Below are positions 1 to 12,407 of a stretch of DNA of 64,000 bases, one piece after another; within the stretch, counting starts at the first letter, position 1; each line of letters begins with the position of its first letter. The position numbers and the translations under genes are program-made. Under the pieces are notes generated by a model, which was given only the letters and a program-made list of their open reading frames with translations, made no database searches and was not told where the DNA came from. The DNA is from Rotaria socialis (taxonomy: Eukaryota), in contig CAJNYD010000407.1 in assembly GCA_905331295.1 (NCBI GenBank), positions 1-64,000 of the forward strand. The letters run 5' to 3'.

Positions 1-396
1 ACGGAGCCAAGCAATTATGTGAGATGGACATTCGAGGCGTCTTAGTTTGATCCAAAGTCCGAAGTACCATAGTTGGTTAAAAGCTGACTTGAAATCTACG
101 AATAAAGCTGCCGCCGCCGTACTTTTTGATAGGCTTTGACCTATTTGATCGATCATTGAGACAAGACGAACGGCCATGTTATGTCCTGGACAAAACCCGC
201 TTTGTTCTTCGGAAAAAATTCCTTGATCGTCCACCTACTTTCTTAAGTGGACTAGAAAACATTTTTCATAGATTTTTGAGAAACACGGTAGTAGTGAAAT
301 GGGTCTTGTTTCATTAAGTGTTACAATTCCGCCCTTGGTCTTCGTGAGTAAAATCATTTTGGCTATATGCCAGTGAGCAGGAGTTTGGTAAGAAGA
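1..396 (-). mobile_element. Degraded, 5'-truncated non-LTR retrotransposon (LINE) reverse transcriptase fragment, running off the window edge
   Basis: Minus-strand translation: SSYQTPAHWHIAKMILLTKTKGGIVTLNETRPISLLPCFSKIYEKCFLVHLRK*VDDQGIFSEEQSGFCPGHNMAVRLVSMIDQIGQSLSKSTAAAALFVDFKSAFNQLWYFGLWIKLRRLECPSHIIAWLR. Contains the LINE RT motifs RPISLL..SKI.EK, QSGF and D.KSAF. In-frame TAG at 235-237. Confidence 0.9.
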
Positions 397-883
397 TGCG
401 AATCGTTCGCTATGTCCGCATAGAATCGATTCAATTGTTTCATCGGGTCTAATTGATCGTACAATCGAACTTACATCGTACTCATGACCATGTTCAATTA
501 ATTCCTTTGATATTCGATTAATTTCAGCATATATATCAACTGATCGAGGATGAGATTGACCATGAGCACAAAATTGCTAAAATAATCAAACAAAATTATT
601 TCGAATATTTTCATTTGAACACTATATTCAGACTTACTAGCAAATTTCCATTGAGTTCAGTCACTGTTATACCGATTTTCCTCTGTGCACCTGATCGATA
701 TAAATGATCTTTAATACCTGATGCTTTTTCATTATCACCTGATGCTGCATAAACATTAGCAAGAAGGATTGAAGCAAGTACCAACGAATTCTCCACATCA
801 GGAAACTGTTTTTTCATACGATCGAAAATTTTATCTGAAAAATTCCTATTTTTTTGCATTGCGAACACCAGATAACAACGCCA
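397..883 (-). pseudogene. 3' part of a PPR-DYW (E/E+/DYW deaminase-like) gene, frameshifted and interrupted by the LINE
   Basis: Exon 638-883 (ALLSGVRNAK/NRNFSDKIFDRMKKQFP...ILLANVYAASG...AQRKIGIT, E-domain/PG-box-like) has a +1 frameshift in the 7-nt run at 849-855. After a GTAAGT...TAG intron, exon ~397-576 reads QFCAHGQSHPRSVDIYAEINRISKELIEHGHEYDVSSIVRSIRPDETIESILCGHSERFA (F.A...SHP and HSE motifs of DYW domains). Confidence 0.85.
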
Positions 884-2357
884 CTAGATAAAAAAAAATG
901 AAACGAAAAATTTCTTTTTTTTCTTTTCATGTCATATAATTATTTAGGATTTTTAAAAAGGAATTCATGAAAAAATCGAATATCTTTTAACAGAGTCATT
1001 TTCAAGAACTTTGATTCTTCTATGTTATAATTTCAAATGAAAATAGAAAAATAAGAAACGAATACATCAAACTGAACATATCTTCAATAAACGCTGATAA
1101 GTTTCCCTTTTCTACAGAATTTACTAAGAAAATATTTGATCAGCTTATTTATGTTGAATTATCAGAATCTTTTAAAGTTCTATATTATTTAATAGAGAAA
1201 ATTTCTTACTATAAAAATCTTGCATAAGTCTATCTATGTAACATCTGTTATATAGGTCGATCAGACTTAAAACTTGATTGATCCTATTGCGCTTTTTCTT
1301 GTTCTTTGTTACATCTCAAACAAAATATGTTGTTCTGTGAATTCAAACGTATTCAAAATTTTCTTTATAAATGTTAATAAAACAAAGAAAGAATGATTCC
1401 ATAATCATAAAATGATTCAAATCAAAGTATCACTAAATCTTTATTGAAATTATTCAAGATATTTTACTAGCATCTTAATAATAAAAATTTTTTAATTACA
1501 TTTCTATATCTTTCATGTTACACATGAATTATATCAAGTGTTTTATATACTGATAATTTAAAAAAACAATATTCTATTAAGTTTATCGTTATTTCTATAA
1601 TTTCACATTAAGTTGATAAAAATTTATTTCATTCCATCATTAATCAATGAATGATCTATTTATTACAGAACTTGAAAAATATACAGAACATTTTGAGTTA
1701 TTCGAAAATGATACAATTAACATATTTATTGATTTTCATTCGATTTATTTTTTGTTCAATTTGTTTCTTTGAATATGAGACCGACTATCTAATATATACA
1801 GATAAAAGTAGCCTGTTCTGAACGACATGACCATCTTTTCTCTATGTTCAATTTATTCCTCTTTTGAAGATGTCATTTTTCCATTTGGAAATATGAATAC
1901 AAAAATATATTTAAGAAGTTACTCAGGATATAAGGAAAGTAGCGGTCTCATTATCTTATTCTTTTAATAAAAAGCTAAAAAATATTTTCTTTTTTTTTAT
2001 ATAGAATGTGAATATCTTGATGTCGACATTATCTTATTTCACATAGACACTCATATCCACACTTTAAGTAGTGAAAGTTATTATGCAAGAATCAATAATT
2101 GACATATCCATTTATTAGTACTAAATTGACAAGTTTTCGATGATTAATTACAATACTTACTCGGCAATTGGTAAGTATGACATCTTTCGAGAAATTATTT
2201 CAATCTTTCTGTCTAGAAAAGAAATTTTTGGAAATGAATTTTTTTCATTCAAAGCCAGAACAAATTATATTACAATGGTATATTTTTAATATGGTCAGTT
2301 CACTATTTTAAATGACATCATAGGTGAACACAACTTATTCAGATGCACTAAATGATA

Positions 2358-2655
2358 TACAGCAAATCCTGTTTTCATAAGATTTCGAAGGAATTCGAGC
2401 CAATTTAATGATAAAGGACTACACACTCGCATCTAGCCACGACCAATTATAAAATAGTGTCATGCTTGATATTACTGAGTTACAGGTGTTTATAAAATAA
2501 TTTTTTTGATATACGATTTCGTAGACTTTTTTTGCGGACTTCAACTGCATATGCATTGCATCTTCATTCATTTTGTGGACTGGGAATATACAGTTATCTA
2601 TCAGTAAATTGACGCTAGTTCCTTCAAAATCTTATAAAAGAAAAGGATTTTCTAC
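2358..2655. mobile_element. Old MITE-like element with degraded terminal inverted repeats
   Basis: AAATCCTGTTTTCATAAGATTTCGAAGGAATT..CAATTTA (from 2364) is an imperfect inverted repeat of TAAATTG..AGTTCCTTCAAAATCTTATAAAAGAAAAGGATTT (2606-2650). The left end is TA-CAG. Confidence 0.5.
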
Positions 2656-3360
2656 ATACTATTCGAAGTGCTAGAAAAAGCTATAGAACATAATAGATTG
2701 TATTTTTCACTTCTGAATAGGCTATCTCATCGACAATAACCATTAAATATCTTAACCAGAACTTTTGACTTGTCCAAAGTACATTTTTGAAAAAAGAAGC
2801 ATCATTGTATCTTCCTATCATAATAATAATTAAACTTAATATTTTCTTGAAAGGTTCGATTTTCTAAAAGGGGCGCTTTTAAATAGTCATATTAAATATA
2901 AAAATACATAAAGAAATATTTCATGAAATATGTTCTACTAAAAACGCTTTTCTATTTATATGCATATATATTTGATTCATATAAGCAGAAAATATTTAAA
3001 CGAAATAACAAAATGTCTTTTCTATAGCACAATACCAGTTGATATGTGAAACTCATATATTTCATGTAAGCTAAAAGATTTAGCAGTCACAAAACTAATT
3101 GCTATGTTTTTGTAATGATAGAAATAAGTTACAAAATTTCGAGTTAAAACTTAGTCACTATTTTTGGTTGAAAATGTGTCGATTGATCAAAATTTACAAT
3201 TAGTTTTGTTCATTCGTAAGGTGTTATTGCAATAATAAATCTACAATACATTTATGTTACTTTTCATGGTTTTGCTTCGTTTACTCTACTTCTAGAAAAC
3301 TTCAAGTATTTCTAATTTTCATATGTTTGGATAAAACCTGAGTCATTCTATCAATCTATA

Positions 3361-4131
3361 CAGGATGTTCCAAAAGTCCGTACGAAAAAGAAAATTCAAT
3401 ATCTCCTTTGCCCTTTCATCAAATAAGCTTATTTTTGTTTTTCATAAGAAAACCTTTAACAGATACTTCTTTGAACCATCACTTTTGACGTCAATATCGA
3501 AATGTATCCATTTTCGATTTCTAAAAAAAGAACTTTGGAAGGAAATTTCCTGAAATCATTAATTTTGACCTGAAACTTTGGTAAAATCAAGGTCTCACTC
3601 AGACTAAATTCTGTACAAAATTTCAAATATTTAGGATGTAGTCTTTCCGAGGTATGAATTTTGAAAATTTTGCACAATATCGATGGAAAAGCGCCTAAAC
3701 TTTGAAAATTTCATATCTCGGAAAGACTATATCCAAAAATTCTGAAATTCTGTACAGAAGCTAGTCTGAGTGAGACCTCGCTTTGGTCACAGTTTCACGA
3801 AAAAATTCGAAACTATAATTTTTCTTCGAAAAGTTGGGATCATCGAGGAGATAATCCACTAAAAATTCCTTATCATTGCCAAAACTGCACAAGAGCATGA
3901 ACCTTTTGCAGGGCGTTATAGTCGAGTGGTCTTCTAGCAATGAATGATCTGAGGGACTCGCATTTTTTGAAAAATCGAAAATGGATACATTTCGATATTG
4001 AAGTTAAAAGTGATAGTTCAAAGAAGTATCTGTTAAAGGTTTTCTTATGAAAAACAAAAATAAGCTTATTTGATGAAAGGGCAAGGGAGATATTGAATTT
4101 TCTTTTTCGTCCGGACTTTTGGGACACCCTG
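3361..4131. mobile_element. Tc1/mariner-type non-autonomous element (MITE) with ~170-bp TIRs and an internal palindrome
   Basis: TA|CAGGATGTTCCAAAAGTCC... at 3361 pairs with ...GGACTTTTGGGACACCCTG at 4131. A second inverted pair lies at ~3590-3670/3700-3779. The mirror ORFs 3365+ and 3873- arise from the TIRs. Confidence 0.9.
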
Positions 4132-4607
4132 CATTATTAAGTTATATTATTTATGATTAAAACTGGATTAGATTGTTGACTACTATACCGTTTCCTCATA
4201 CGAAAAAAAAAACATTGAATAAAATTCACTCGAAGACGAGTTGAAAATTAGTCTTCAATACTAAAATTTGCTACATTTTTGTATAGATGAAAAATGAATT
4301 TATATTATTTTCTACCAAAAATGACTTCATCGACTAGACTTAAATCTGTCTAAAATTTATTTAGATCGACATTTTATAAAATTATAACTTATTTCAATAG
4401 TAGGAGTAAACGAAATCTTTTTAATGAAAACAAGAAATAATTCAATGAAAAAGTTACATTTCCCCTCGATAGTGGGCTGACAGAAAATAACCTAAACAAA
4501 TTTTGAAGCAGAACCTTTTAATGAAAAATAAGTTATTTTTTTTAATAAGAAAGCAACTATTGCTAGTGCGTTCATTATTAAAATTATTTCTCAAAGAAGG
4601 TTAGACA

Positions 4608-7600
4608 ATGAATAAGATGATTGACTCGATCACGCTTCTTGTACTGGTATCGACAATAGCAATTCGAGATGACAGTAAGTATTTGAAATACGAATAGATG
4701 TCTAAGTTGAAATAAATGTTAAATACTTAGATTGTTCAACTTATAACCCATGCGGCCAATATGGTTATTGTCAAAATGATAGTGATCGTCAATGGAAATG
4801 TGCATGCAAATTTTGGTGGACCGGAATTCTTTGTAACACACGTAAATCAATAGGGCGAATAAGGATGAATTCTCTTCTTCATTAATCTAGTCTTTCTTAA
4901 GAATAGATTCATGTGATGTATGAAATATCGAAAGCTATACTTAGACGTTCGGATCAATTTAGGAGTATCGGTTGAGCATTATTGTTAATAGAAAGCTTAT
5001 GCTTTTATATTGAAAATCGCATTAGTTAACTAAACACTAATAATAAGCCGGCAGTTCTACGGTAAATCAAAAAAGGAGATTATACTAGTATTCAGGAAAC
5101 ATTTTTAGTTTAAATTGCGAAAAAATTCATACTACACTTTATATCTTTCATTAAAAATAGGAAAGCAATTCACTAGACTTTCACCAAAAAAAAAATAAAG
5201 GCTGGACAAGGATCTTAGTACCCCAGGAAACAAAAATATCCTCATATTAAAAATAAAGATTTGATTTCCTAGAAATTTTTAGATAATGGATCAATTCGGA
5301 GAATACTAAGAAATATGTATATTGATATTGTGATTAAAAGAATATGCTTGTATACAATGTGCTTATAAGAGCTCTATGCAATGCGAACTTGTTGTCTTTA
5401 TTTGCGCTGATTTAAAAAATTTTAAGTTAAGAAATGACAGCTACTTTATTCTACTTCATGAACTCATTAGTAAAGACAAGTGATGTTATGTAATACATCT
5501 TATTTTATCTATCTTGAACTGTACCCCTTCATTTTTCTCCCACTATATTTTTTTTTGATGAAAATGAGTTTAAAGTAAAGGTTCTTAATAGAATTTTAAC
5601 TTATGTAAATGATACTTGTAATGTTAATGTCTAAAAGTTCTTTCTTCTTTTGCTTCTATAGTCTAGCAGTGGGATCCAAGTGATAACACTTGATATTTTA
5701 TTAGGTTTGCTAACCGTATTTTTCTATGGACTTTCAATTTTTTATTTTGTACAAAAGAACTGAAAGTTTCTTCGTTATTTTCTGTTTTTAGAGTCAATAA
5801 AAATGATATATCAAGGCCAAGATGGGCACAACTGGCACTACCTAATGTTAAAAAATCAACTCGCTTTTCTTCTTTTTTTCATTGCTATTCTAATGATAAT
5901 AAGAACAGTATTAGGCTTAATTACAAAATGGTTACTTTTACAGCCAATTCATAATGGACTGATTGATAAATGTAGACGAGAAGATTTAATATTTTACAAA
6001 AGAAATTCAATATGTAATTTACTTGATTTGCAAGATTTTAATATCTTAAGATTTTCAGTAGCATGTTATTTTTTTTTATTGATTTTCATTATTTTCTCAA
6101 AAAGAACTTCATCGATGAAAAATAAGTTAAATGGATATGTTGCAGCTGTTGTACCAGTGAACATTTTCATTCATGTAAAACGAAAATTTACTGCTGTTAT
6201 ATTTGCAATCATTGCTGATGAACGTTTACGTATTGTAAATCAAGTTATCAATGAAACTTCAGTAAAAGTAGATGGTTTGCATGCATTTTTAAAAACCTTT
6301 CCGATATTTTAATACAATCTCAAACTTTCTGTAGGAGTCATTGTGGCTTATTTATTATAAACAGTAGAAGTATTTGTTATTGGCGTTCGGTATTATTCTA
6401 TATTGTCTGCTATTTATATGGATTCAATTTTGTCGCTTGCCTGTGCTACATTTTATGCTTGATTCGACTTTAGTTTTACAATAGTTAATCACAGTTTATG
6501 TCAAAGTGACTTTTATCCATCAGATAATGATTTTAATGCAGCCAATGGAACATACATGAAACGGTTATTTCAATATTATGGTATAGGTCAAAATTTAATA
6601 ATTATACAACTATTAACGGATATTCCTCAGTATATATGTTGGTCATATGTAGTTATAAAATTACCAATGTTGTTAGTAAATAAAATTAACACGAAAATCA
6701 AAATCAATCCCAACATTTTAATGTTACACGAGAAGGAAAAATTCTTTTACATTCATCATATCCTTATTCTGTTGAAAATTTCTTCTTTTATTTTTCATGA
6801 CAGTTCAATCGTGTATACTTATAGTGTCACTTCTAGATGGATTACAAACTACCCTTCAAGCATTGATTGATGCCGTATCATCAGTCGGCCAAGATGGGTC
6901 TAAACAATCTGAAGTTCTCTTTCCAAATCTAGTTCGTTCATTTGTTATTGCTATATTAACAGCATGTGTCATAGCAGTGATTCAAATACTCGTTTTATTA
7001 GCAAATATTTTCCGGTGATAATTCAGAAATTTCAAAAAGAAATAAAGAAAAATATATTGATTATGGAATAAGTAATTTTCATTTTGCAGCCTTTTTCATT
7101 GCCTATCTTATATGGGGTTATGTTTTAATTGCTCTATTTACATGGATTATTTATATGGCTATTGATTCATCTATCACGTATGGTAGTGTAAGACTGATTG
7201 AAAAAGTTCTAAAACTGATAATACCAGTATTATTATTATTATTATTATTATTAATATTTTTTAAACAGTATATTGATAAAATTTTAGCAAGATTTGTATT
7301 TTTACAAGATTATGAAAATATATTAGCAATAGATAATCGACGAATATTAATGATATTTTTATACTTCAATTTTTTTCTTGATGTATTCCTTGTTCTCATA
7401 TCATCAATAGTGAGTATTATTATAAGTATTATTGGTGGAATTTTACATATGTCTCGTCTTGATTATTCACCTATGGGTAGAAAAGTTGAAACATTCGATG
7501 CAGGATTTCAAGCTTATTGCGATTCTATTCACATGGAAGCAGCACACCGAAACCCAATAATGTTAACGTTTTCAAGTAGTTTATATGGGTGTATCAAAAT

Positions 7601-7790
7601 TAAACAACATTCAGTGAAACACATGATAATATCAACAAGAGCTAATGAAGAACTAGGCAAAGATTATTCATCGACAGCAATCAAAAAATTATATTTAATA
7701 TTAATTTTATTGCGAAATCCATCATTAGTAGTGTTAAGAACACATGCATTTAATAGACTGAAGGATAAAAAAAATCAAAATTTTAAATGA
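4608..7790 (+). pseudogene. STRA6-like multi-pass membrane protein with N-terminal signal peptide and EGF-like domain; disrupted
   Basis: Exon 4608-4674 encodes a hydrophobic leader. Exon 4731-4841 is EGF-like (CSTYNPCGQYGYCQNDSDRQWKCACKFWWTGILC). TM-rich exons follow from ~5662. The C-terminal part NRRILMIFLYFNFFLD...SRLDYSPMGRKVETFDAGFQAY...HMEAAHRNPIML matches the STRA6 family pattern. In-frame TAA (6358-6360) and TGA (6460-6462), plus frameshifts between ORF pieces. Confidence 0.75.
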
Positions 7791-8913
7791 CGAAAACAGA
7801 AGACAATTGTATACTGAACAAAGATCTCGTCGAGAAAGTCTGGCTTCGAAAAATGATCTCTAAAATATATGGCATTAAAATGCTAATTTAAATATTGTTT
7901 GTTTTCTTTAATAACTTGAATATAAACATTGTGAACTTTGTATAGATTCTATTTTTAAGAAAGCAGAGTTGATAAAATCAAACTGTTTTTTAAATTAATT
8001 TTAATTGTTGAAAGATTTTATTATTTTCAGTAAATACGTGATATTCCACAAATTAGTATACTTATCTAAAATTTGGGGAAAATATTTTTGAACAAAATGA
8101 AAAACTAAGAAAAATTTTAATTTTTTAAAAAATCTGTTTTTTTGGAAACTATATGTACAATGATGATTGCAAGGATACTGTTCACGCACATACATAAGTT
8201 AGTAATAGACGATATCGAGAGTCAATTCTTCTGCCGCATTGACAGCAACTATATGGAGCGTATTCATTGCAACTTGTTCATACCAGTGGCTTGTAGAATA
8301 ACGAAAGTCAGCGCTCAGTTTTGTTAATTGGTCATGACGAATAGAAAATATTTTCTATATATCTCACTTTTTACTTGTTTTTGAACTATATGCTATTTTG
8401 CATATATCGTTTAGGTATTTAATTAAATCTATACAAAAGTAGTTTTCTAATACTTATGATGTTAACCTTTTTCTTAGTAATTCTATAGTCGTCTTTCAAT
8501 ATTCCAATACAAAAATCTTTGTAATATAATTATTTTTTCTTTTTAATCGTCTTAAAATATGATTATTATTCAACTAATATTTATCGTATTTTTAATTGCG
8601 TATGGTTTTTGACCGTTAGCAGTGCTAAAAACTGTAAATGAAATCAAACAGGAGACGGAAAGGTTACTTTTTTTTTGTCTTAATCTATAGATACAAGGGG
8701 TATTTTATTTACTAAAAAACAATCACAACACGAAGCTCAGTGTACCAATCGTCAAAATGTCTATGTGAATATAAAAATGATTTTCTAACTAGAAAACAAA
8801 AACTTAAATTTATTAAACTTTATTAAGTATTGTATTTTCAACTGAATGCAAAATTTCTGATTAAACTGCCACACTCATATCTAGAATACCGTGCCTGAAA
8901 TTTGGAACACTGC

Positions 8914-9215
8914 CAGTGGCGGCGGAGCTACTGAGACCCATGAGACTTGAGCCTCACCTAGATTTCACAAGACAAGGCTCAACCTCACTTGCTTTTGTGC
9001 TAAATATTGTTATTCTTTATTCTAGCATCAAAGCAGGAGCAAAGAAAAATCTTTTTTGGGTATTTTTCAATCTTCTTTTTTATACTGGCCATTTTTATTT
9101 TTACTAAAGTTTAATAAAAAGAAGACTTATTTTCTGCTTGATGCTTTCATAACATTTCACGGTAGAAAAAAAATTTATGAGCCTCACCTAGCTTAATGAC
9201 GCTTCGCCGCCGCTG
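8914..9215. mobile_element. hAT-type MITE
   Basis: TIRs CAGTGGCGGCGGAGC / GCTTCGCCGCCGCTG. The 8-bp flanks AACACTGC / AACACTGG match at 7 of 8 positions (TSD). The subterminal motif TGAGCCTCACCTAG occurs twice. Confidence 0.9.
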
Positions 9216-10369
9216 AACACTGGTTATGTTTTGAAGAAGAACGCCTAAGTATCTTATCATACACATCCATCTGTTAACATTAAAAGAAAATTATATAATT
9301 TAAATTCTATTAGATTCCTTTCAATTTTCAGAAATAAACGAAAACAAAAAGAAAACCACTTGCACCATAAATAAGAGACTGTCTAAATATAAACATTTGA
9401 ATCTCCTATTCAGAGCTACTGTTTCACTCTGACTCTATCTTAATTATGTTCCACTCCATTGAAAAACTCTTTGTTGAGCATTTTGTTTCAATTCTATTTG
9501 TAGAAAATGTGCACTATTGATCGTGATTCCTGCAATTTAATATTTACGTAGGATTCTTGAACGCAATGAAAAATATCACATTAAAAGATTGTTGTACTTG
9601 AGTCTCCTCGATTCGGTATTCCTGTTGAAAATGTACGTGCTTGAAAAATATAAACGTGATGATTTTGAAAAAATTCTTCTAAATTAATGAAGCAAGAGAC
9701 TATTTTTATGATAACGGTTGCCCACGTAATCATCTAAATAAAAATAGTACAAATTGCTTTGAAATTCTCTTTTTTGTTTCTATTTAATTAAAGGATATTT
9801 TTATCTTTATTAGTTACAATTATTGTTTTTCGGAACCAGTAGGTAAGTTCTTCAACGTAAATAACTTAGTAGATACAAATCAAGTACACACTTTCAGTGT
9901 CCACGTGTAAGAATACCATTAAGTATTTCCCACCTACTTAATGAAGAAACTCCTTGCCGTTTTTGTGTTTACTTCTTTTAATGTCAATCTTCTTTTCATT
10001 CAATTGATCTCTCAAACAATAGATAATAATGAATACTATGTATTAGTATTAGTCAAAATTTTATTGATTTACTATCGAAAGAAATAAAACAAAAATGAAA
10101 TTGTTGTATAGTCAAGATATATTTTGTGCTGCTTCAAAAAAAAGTTAATCTTTCTCGAAAAAAAAATATATATATATATGTATAAATCGAGATATATATT
10201 CGGAAAGATAGCCCGAGGTTTTGTCTTCTATAGCTAAGTATGAAACTTTATTTCTTAGTCTGTCTTAGGCTTGGAAAATCTTGCTAGCTTTTCTTCTCGA
10301 CCCACTCTTTTGTGATGGGAGATCATCGAAATCTCAAAGGAGTTCCATTGTAGTTTATGACCTTTTCGA

Positions 10370-12293
10370 TGCTATGCTTCGCATCGCATTTATGTAGTCC
10401 GTCGCTTGTTTTCTTTTGCTTTCTCGACGCACGCATCTTTTTCGTCATTTTTGACCCGATGATCTCGACTACCGAAAATCATAGAAAACTCATTGAAACG
10501 GGCGAGGAAAGTATCGAGATCGAACATCTGATATATTTTTCCATTCTTTAATCAGATATTCTATTCACTCACAAATAACGTTCCAAAACGATGAAAATGA
10601 ACGAAATTTGTCTCGAGATAATTAAAATGGCGTCATTAACAGTTGTTAGTCGCTATAGTCTATTCATTTACAACTGATCTAAAATAATGAATCATGTAGA
10701 TAATTAATCGATCAATCGAAATCGGTCTTTAAGAATGTATCGCTAAGTAAGAATAGAGTTTTTAGAGTGATGAATTACATTATGGCTACATAAACATTAT
10801 TCAAGATTTCGCTGAATTGTAGATTTTTTGTAGAAAATCGGGATTCTTGCTTCGCACCGCATTTTGTATACGAGTGAAACTCGAATACTATCTAGTTTCT
10901 TGTTGAAAGAACATCTCAAGATGCAGGCCATGGTATTCTTTTTACGATGCGAAGCACTGTATAGCGATGCTTGGCGAAAATTTTTTTAAAGCGATGCGAA
11001 GCAGAAGCATTTATGTAGTCCGTCGCGAGTTTTTTTTATTTTTTTATTATTTTTAATGCGATCCGAAGCAGAAGCATTGATGTAGTCCGTCGCGAGTTTT
11101 TAATTAATGCGATGCAAAGCAGAAGCATTTATGTAGTCCGCCGCGAGTTTTTTTAATGTGATGCGAAGCAGAAGCATTTATGTAGTCCGTCGCGAGTTTT
11201 TTAATATATTTTTATTTTTATTATTTTTTACTTACTTGACGTACGCATCAAAAGTCGACGTTTTGTGTCGCGATGATCTCAAGAACCATAAATCGTAGAA
11301 AACTCGTTGAAACGTGAGATCGAACTTGAGAAATATTTTTCTAATTTTCCATCGGACGTTTTGTTTACTCACAAATGCGGTTCCAAAATGACGAAAGTGA
11401 AAGAAATTTATGAAGAGATAATTAAAGTGACGTCATCAACATATGTTAGCAACTATAGTCTATTCATTTACAGCTGATTTAAGACAATGAATCATGGAGA
11501 TAATTAATCGATCAATCGAAATCGATCCTTAAGAATGCATCGCTAAGTAATAATAGAGTTTCCTCAGTAATGAATTTCATCATGTCGCCATAAAGACTAT
11601 TCAAGATTTCTCTGAATTGTAGATTTTTCGTGAAGATCTGATTCGAGCTTCGCAGCGCATTTCGTATTCGAGTAAAACTGGAATACCATCTAGTTTTATT
11701 TTTCACTCACTTGACGTACGCATCACAAGTCGTCGTTTTGTGTCGCGATGATCTCAGGAACCACATATCGCCTGATATTGGTTGAAACGTCATTAGAATC
11801 GTTGAGGGCCGAAATAGTTACCAAATTTTGTCCAATTTGCTCTATGATTTTTCGTTCGCCCAAAGTAAAATCCGGATATTACTGATAATCTGTGGATTTC
11901 ATTTTCATTACGTCGACCCGAGCACGCTGAGACTTGTCACTGATCCTAGCAGCGATTAATTATCGCTAGCACTAATAATACGCGTCGACTGTACAATTGC
12001 TGACATCTTTTCGATTAATTATCAGAAGTCTGTAGGGGACCACTAAAGATTTAATTCGTTATAGTTAAACATGAAAATATGATCGATCACACTATCAATT
12101 TTTCACATCATAATATACGAAAAAAACGCATTGTTTTGGAAGGGCTATGTATCTCTTAGGAGAAAAGGAAGTAACTATAAATAATAACTGAAATTCCTCT
12201 CATTTATTTTATGAGTCGTATTCTTTCGTAACTCGTATATCGTGCTTCGCACCGCGTTTCGTAATCGAGTGAAACCCGAATACCATCTAGTTT
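10370..12293 (+). mobile_element. Tandem array of non-autonomous rolling-circle (Helitron/Helentron, HINE-like) units
   Basis: Three units each end in GCTTCGCA(C/G)CGC, a hairpin (consensus GTATTCGAGT-GAA-ACTCGAATAC) and CTAG-TTT (CTAG at 10892, 11690 and 12287). An inverted copy CGATGCGAAGCA follows a T-run at 10945. Segment ~10424-10897 is a diverged direct repeat of ~11237-11696. Confidence 0.7.
10991..11197 (+). repeat. Four 40-bp tandem units separated by T/A-rich tracts, inside the rolling-circle element
   Basis: GCGATGCGAAGCAGAAGCATTTATGTAGTCCGTCGCGAGT variants at 10991, 11058, 11109 and 11158. Confidence 0.9.
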
Positions 12294-12407
12294 CTCGATG
12301 TTAAGCTTGGTTCATATAATTTGAAACGAAAACTATAGTGGTAATTAAAACGGCAATTTTCGGGAGACTACACTTTTCATGCCTGTTCTCCCGTTAAAAA
12401 CTAAGTA

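Noticed and set aside
3365..4127. Paralogous-looking ORFs 3365+ and 3873-
   Set aside because: They are a mirror artefact of MITE TIRs.
6358..6462. Stop-codon reassignment as an explanation for in-frame TAA/TGA
   Set aside because: Neighbouring genes end normally at TAA/TAG/TGA, and the same gene also has frameshifts.
9420..10020. Coding-like composition on the minus strand
   Set aside because: Multiple stops and no recognisable motif; possibly an old pseudogene but unsupported.
10991..11197. CRISPR-like appearance of 40-bp repeats with spacers
   Set aside because: The spacers are short, variable-length T/A tracts, there are no cas genes, the context is eukaryotic, and the repeats derive from a TE terminus.
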